Source: Paracoccaceae bacterium (GTDB taxonomy: Bacteria; Pseudomonadota; Alphaproteobacteria; Rhodobacterales; Rhodobacteraceae). From it: a stretch of 52,974 nt of DNA. Both the position numbers and the translations under genes were made by a program. This document shows, in pieces, positions 50,172 to 52,974 of the stretch (its first letter is position 1; each line of letters opens with the position of its first letter). Location of the stretch: contig JALWTH010000252.1 in NCBI GenBank assembly GCA_027082975.1, positions 1-52,974 on the forward strand, in the 5' to 3' direction. Below the pieces are notes generated by a model that was not told the origin of the DNA, made no database searches, and worked only from the letters and a program-made list of their open reading frames with translations.

Positions 50172-51455
50172 CTATTTGCCCAGGCAAAAGCTGGAGAATA
50201 TCTCGTCGAGCAGATCTTCTACATCGACACGCCCGATCAGGGAATCAAGGGCGCGGATCGCTCCCCGCAATTCTTCCGCCGCCAATTCCACATGGTCGCT
50301 ATCGCTCTCTACCATGTTTCTGGCTGTCGCCAAAGCACCCCGCGCACGGTCCATGGCGAGCTTATGCCGGGTTCGGATCGCCGTTTGCGACCCGCTTGTC
50401 CGCTTTTCAAGGATACGGGCGACCCGTTCGACAAGCGCATCGAGCCCCTTGCCCGTAAGCCCGGAAACAGCATCTGCCTCCTCCGTCAGATCGCCCTTGC
50501 CTCTTACCACGATGTCCTCGGCTTCTGGCTCCAGCCCTTCGGCTCCATCACCCTCGTGGAGAAAGATGCGAAGATCCGCCTGCCGCGCTCGTTCAACCGC
50601 CTTTTCCACACCGATTTTCTCTACTGCATCGGTGGCCTCCCGCAGGCCAGCGGTATCGAGAAGGGTCACGGGCAGACCCTTCAAATCCATGCGAACCTCA
50701 ATTACATCCCGCGTCGTGCCGGCAATCTCGGAAGTGATTGCCGCATCACGGCCCGCGAGGGCATTGAGCAACGTCGATTTGCCCACATTCGGCGGGCCGA
50801 CAATCGCCACTTCGAAGCCTTCTCGGATGCGCTCGGCCACTTCCACGCCCCGACTCTCCCTCTCCAGCGCGGCGGAAAGCCGGTCGATCAGCGTCAGCAC
50901 TTCGCCGCCTACATCCTCGGGCACTTCCTCGTCGGCAAAGTCAATGGTCGCCTCCAGAAGCGCAGCGGCCCGAATCGCCATGGCACGCCACTCCTCGGCC
51001 TTTCGACCAAGCGCCCCGGAAAATACCCGCATCGCTTGCTGACGCTGGGCCTCGGTCTCGCTCTCGATCAGGTCGGCGAGGCCCTCGATCTGCGCAAGGT
51101 CCAGACGATCATTCTCCAGCGCGCGGCGGGTGAATTCCCCCGGTTCTGCCTGGCGAAAGCCCGAGATCCGGCCAAGTTCCTGCAATACCGCATCAATAAT
51201 GGCAATGCTCCCATGCAGGTGCAGCTCGGCAACATCTTCTCCGGTAAAGGAGCCGGGTCCTGGAAAGGTGAGCACGAGAGCCTCGTCAATCACCCTGCCG
51301 TCACGGTCCCGTATCCTGCGCAAGCTTGCCCGGCGCATCTCCGGCACAGTGCCGGCAAGCGCCTCCACCGCCGAAAAGGCACGATCGCCGGATATGCGGA
51401 TCACAGCCACGCCCGACTTGCCGCGGGCCGTGGCCAGTGCAAAGATGGTATCCAT
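50172..51455 (-). CDS. mnmE: tRNA modification GTPase MnmE (TrmE)
   Basis: [22 protein letters not shown]1 motif [13 protein letters not shown], and a C-terminal FCLGK. Confidence 0.95.
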   Translation of the reverse strand: MDTIFALATARGKSGVAVIRISGDRAFSAVEALAGTVPEMRRASLRRIRDRDGRVIDEALVLTFPGPGSFTGEDVAELHLHGSIAIIDAVLQELGRISGFRQAEPGEFTRRALENDRLDLAQIEGLADLIESETEAQRQQAMRVFSGALGRKAEEWRAMAIRAAALLEATIDFADEEVPEDVGGEVLTLIDRLSAALERESRGVEVAERIREGFEVAIVGPPNVGKSTLLNALAGRDAAITSEIAGTTRDVIEVRMDLKGLPVTLLDTAGLREATDAVEKIGVEKAVERARQADLRIFLHEGDGAEGLEPEAEDIVVRGKGDLTEEADAVSGLTGKGLDALVERVARILEKRTSGSQTAIRTRHKLAMDRARGALATARNMVESDSDHVELAAEELRGAIRALDSLIGRVDVEDLLDEIFSSFCLGK

Positions 51456-51483
51456 GATGTAACCTTTTGTTTTAAAAGGGTAC

Positions 51484-52755
51484 TCAGGCGTTCATAGAGT
51501 CAAAGAACTCTGCATTCGTCTTGGTCTGCTTGAGCTTCGACAGCAGGAATTCGATGGCGTCGGTCGTCCCCATCGGGTTGAGGATGCGCCGCAGGACGAA
51601 AGTCTTTTGCAAATCGCGCGGGTCAACCAGCAGGTCCTCCTTGCGGGTGCCGGACTTGAGAATGTCGATAGCCGGGAAGACCCGCTTGTCGGCAACCTTG
51701 CGGTCAAGCACGATTTCCGAATTACCCGTGCCCTTGAACTCTTCGAATATCACCTCGTCCATCCGGCTGCCGGTCTCGATCAGGGCGGTGGCGATGATTG
51801 TCAGCGAGCCACCCTCCTCTATATTGCGCGCCGCGCCAAAGAAACGCTTGGGCCGCTGCAGGGCATTGGCATCGACCCCGCCGGTGAGCACCTTGCCCGA
51901 AGAGGGCACCACGGTATTGAACGCCCGCCCCAGGCGCGTGATCGAATCGAGCAGGATCACGACATCGCGCTTGTGTTCGACCAGACGCTTCGCCTTTTCG
52001 ATCACCATTTCGGACACGGCGACATGGCGCGTGGCCGGCTCGTCGAAGGTCGAGGAAACCACCTCACCCTTCACCGATCTCTGCATGTCGGTCACTTCTT
52101 CGGGGCGTTCGTCGATCAGCAGGACGATCAGATAGACTTCGGGATGATTGCGCTCGATCGAATTGGCGATATTCTGCAGGATCACCGTCTTGCCGGTGCG
52201 CGGCGGCGCCACGATCAGGCTGCGCTGTCCCTTGCCGATTGGCGCCACCAGGTCGATCACCCGAGCGGTCTTGTCCTTGATGGTCGGGTCCTCGACCTCC
52301 ATCTTCAGACGTTCGTTCGGGTAAAGCGGCGTCAGGTTTTCAAAGGCAACCTTGTGCTTTGCCTTTTCCGGGTCGCCGAAATTGATCTTTTCGACCTTGG
52401 TGATGGCAAAATAGTTCTCGTTTTCCAGCGGCGCCTGGATCACCCCTTCCACCGTGTCGCCGGTGCGCAGGGAATATTGCCGGATCACATCGGGCGAAAC
52501 ATAAATGTCATCGGGTCCGGGCAGATAATTCGCCTCGGGCGAGCGCAGAAAGCCGAAACCGTCCTGCAGCACTTCAAGCACCCCGTCGCCACCGATGACC
52601 CAGCCATCCTCGGCCCGCTCCTTGAGGATCGAAAACATGATCTCGCCCTTGCGCATGGTCGAGGCGTTTTCGATCTCCAGTTCTTCGGCCATGGCCAGGA
52701 GATCCTTGGGGGTCTTCGATTTCAGATCGGAGAGGTTCAGTCGGTTTTCAGTCAT
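51484..52755 (-). CDS. rho: transcription termination factor Rho
   Basis: [23 protein letters not shown], the RNA-binding domain (DGFGFLR), and Walker [12 protein letters not shown] 52755 is preferred. A leader of more than 200 nt follows, with no ORF. Confidence 0.96.
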   Translation of the reverse strand: MTENRLNLSDLKSKTPKDLLAMAEELEIENASTMRKGEIMFSILKERAEDGWVIGGDGVLEVLQDGFGFLRSPEANYLPGPDDIYVSPDVIRQYSLRTGDTVEGVIQAPLENENYFAITKVEKINFGDPEKAKHKVAFENLTPLYPNERLKMEVEDPTIKDKTARVIDLVAPIGKGQRSLIVAPPRTGKTVILQNIANSIERNHPEVYLIVLLIDERPEEVTDMQRSVKGEVVSSTFDEPATRHVAVSEMVIEKAKRLVEHKRDVVILLDSITRLGRAFNTVVPSSGKVLTGGVDANALQRPKRFFGAARNIEEGGSLTIIATALIETGSRMDEVIFEEFKGTGNSEIVLDRKVADKRVFPAIDILKSGTRKEDLLVDPRDLQKTFVLRRILNPMGTTDAIEFLLSKLKQTKTNAEFFDSMNA

Positions 52756-52974
52756 GGGATACTCGCAAGAACGGCGCCAGCCCGCGCGGCTCTTCATCTG
52801 TTCTGTGGAAACAGCATCGGCCGGACGGCCTGCCTGCGGGCTGCATAGCTGCCCGCTGACGGCGAGTCAATTGCTTAGGCTCAGGACCCATCAATCCCGC
52901 GCTCACAGCGGTGCAGGCGCGAAATATCAGGGGTTTTTTGCCCGCCGGACAGGGTGGGTCCCCTTTCCAAGGGC

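Overview
High-GC (about 65% by eye) chromosomal segment. Gene content and synteny point to an alphaproteobacterium, probably Rhodobacterales-like (inference). The window is almost fully coding, and I see no transposase, integrase, prophage, CRISPR array or recognisable defence system.

Gene content, left to right:
- Two convergent secreted or Ca-binding-type genes.
- A dTDP-rhamnose operon (rfbC-B-D-A), then ccrM and rnhB.
- A small accessory patch next to tRNA-Arg(CCU): exported small proteins and a membrane-anchored winged-helix regulator.
- A DadA-like oxidoreductase.
- A roughly 9 kb cell-surface glycan cluster: a fused double sulfotransferase-like protein, a GT14, two GT2 and a GT1 glycosyltransferase, galU and cysQ, followed by an orphan KpsM-like permease. 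It looks built for a sulfated polysaccharide.
- Housekeeping genes: alkB, dnaK-dnaJ, an L,D-transpeptidase, an RNA methyltransferase, cca, Nudix hydrolases, hslO, a response-regulator/PP2C and Hpt pair, ilvA, argG, rbsK, maeB, galE, mutS, grpE-hrcA and rph-rdgB-hemW.
- The origin-proximal block parB-parA-rsmG-mnmG-mnmE-rho, with two perfect parS sites.

The most unusual signal is not a gene. It is a recurrent motif, TTAGAGAC/GTCTCTAA, written in rare codons. It appears three times as a 24-bp palindrome inside unrelated enzymes (a GT2, cca and rbsK), and as half-sites in rbsK, mutS and hemW. Its function is unknown, and a mundane codon or peptide explanation is not excluded.

The many long ORFs antisense to real genes are treated as high-GC artefacts.
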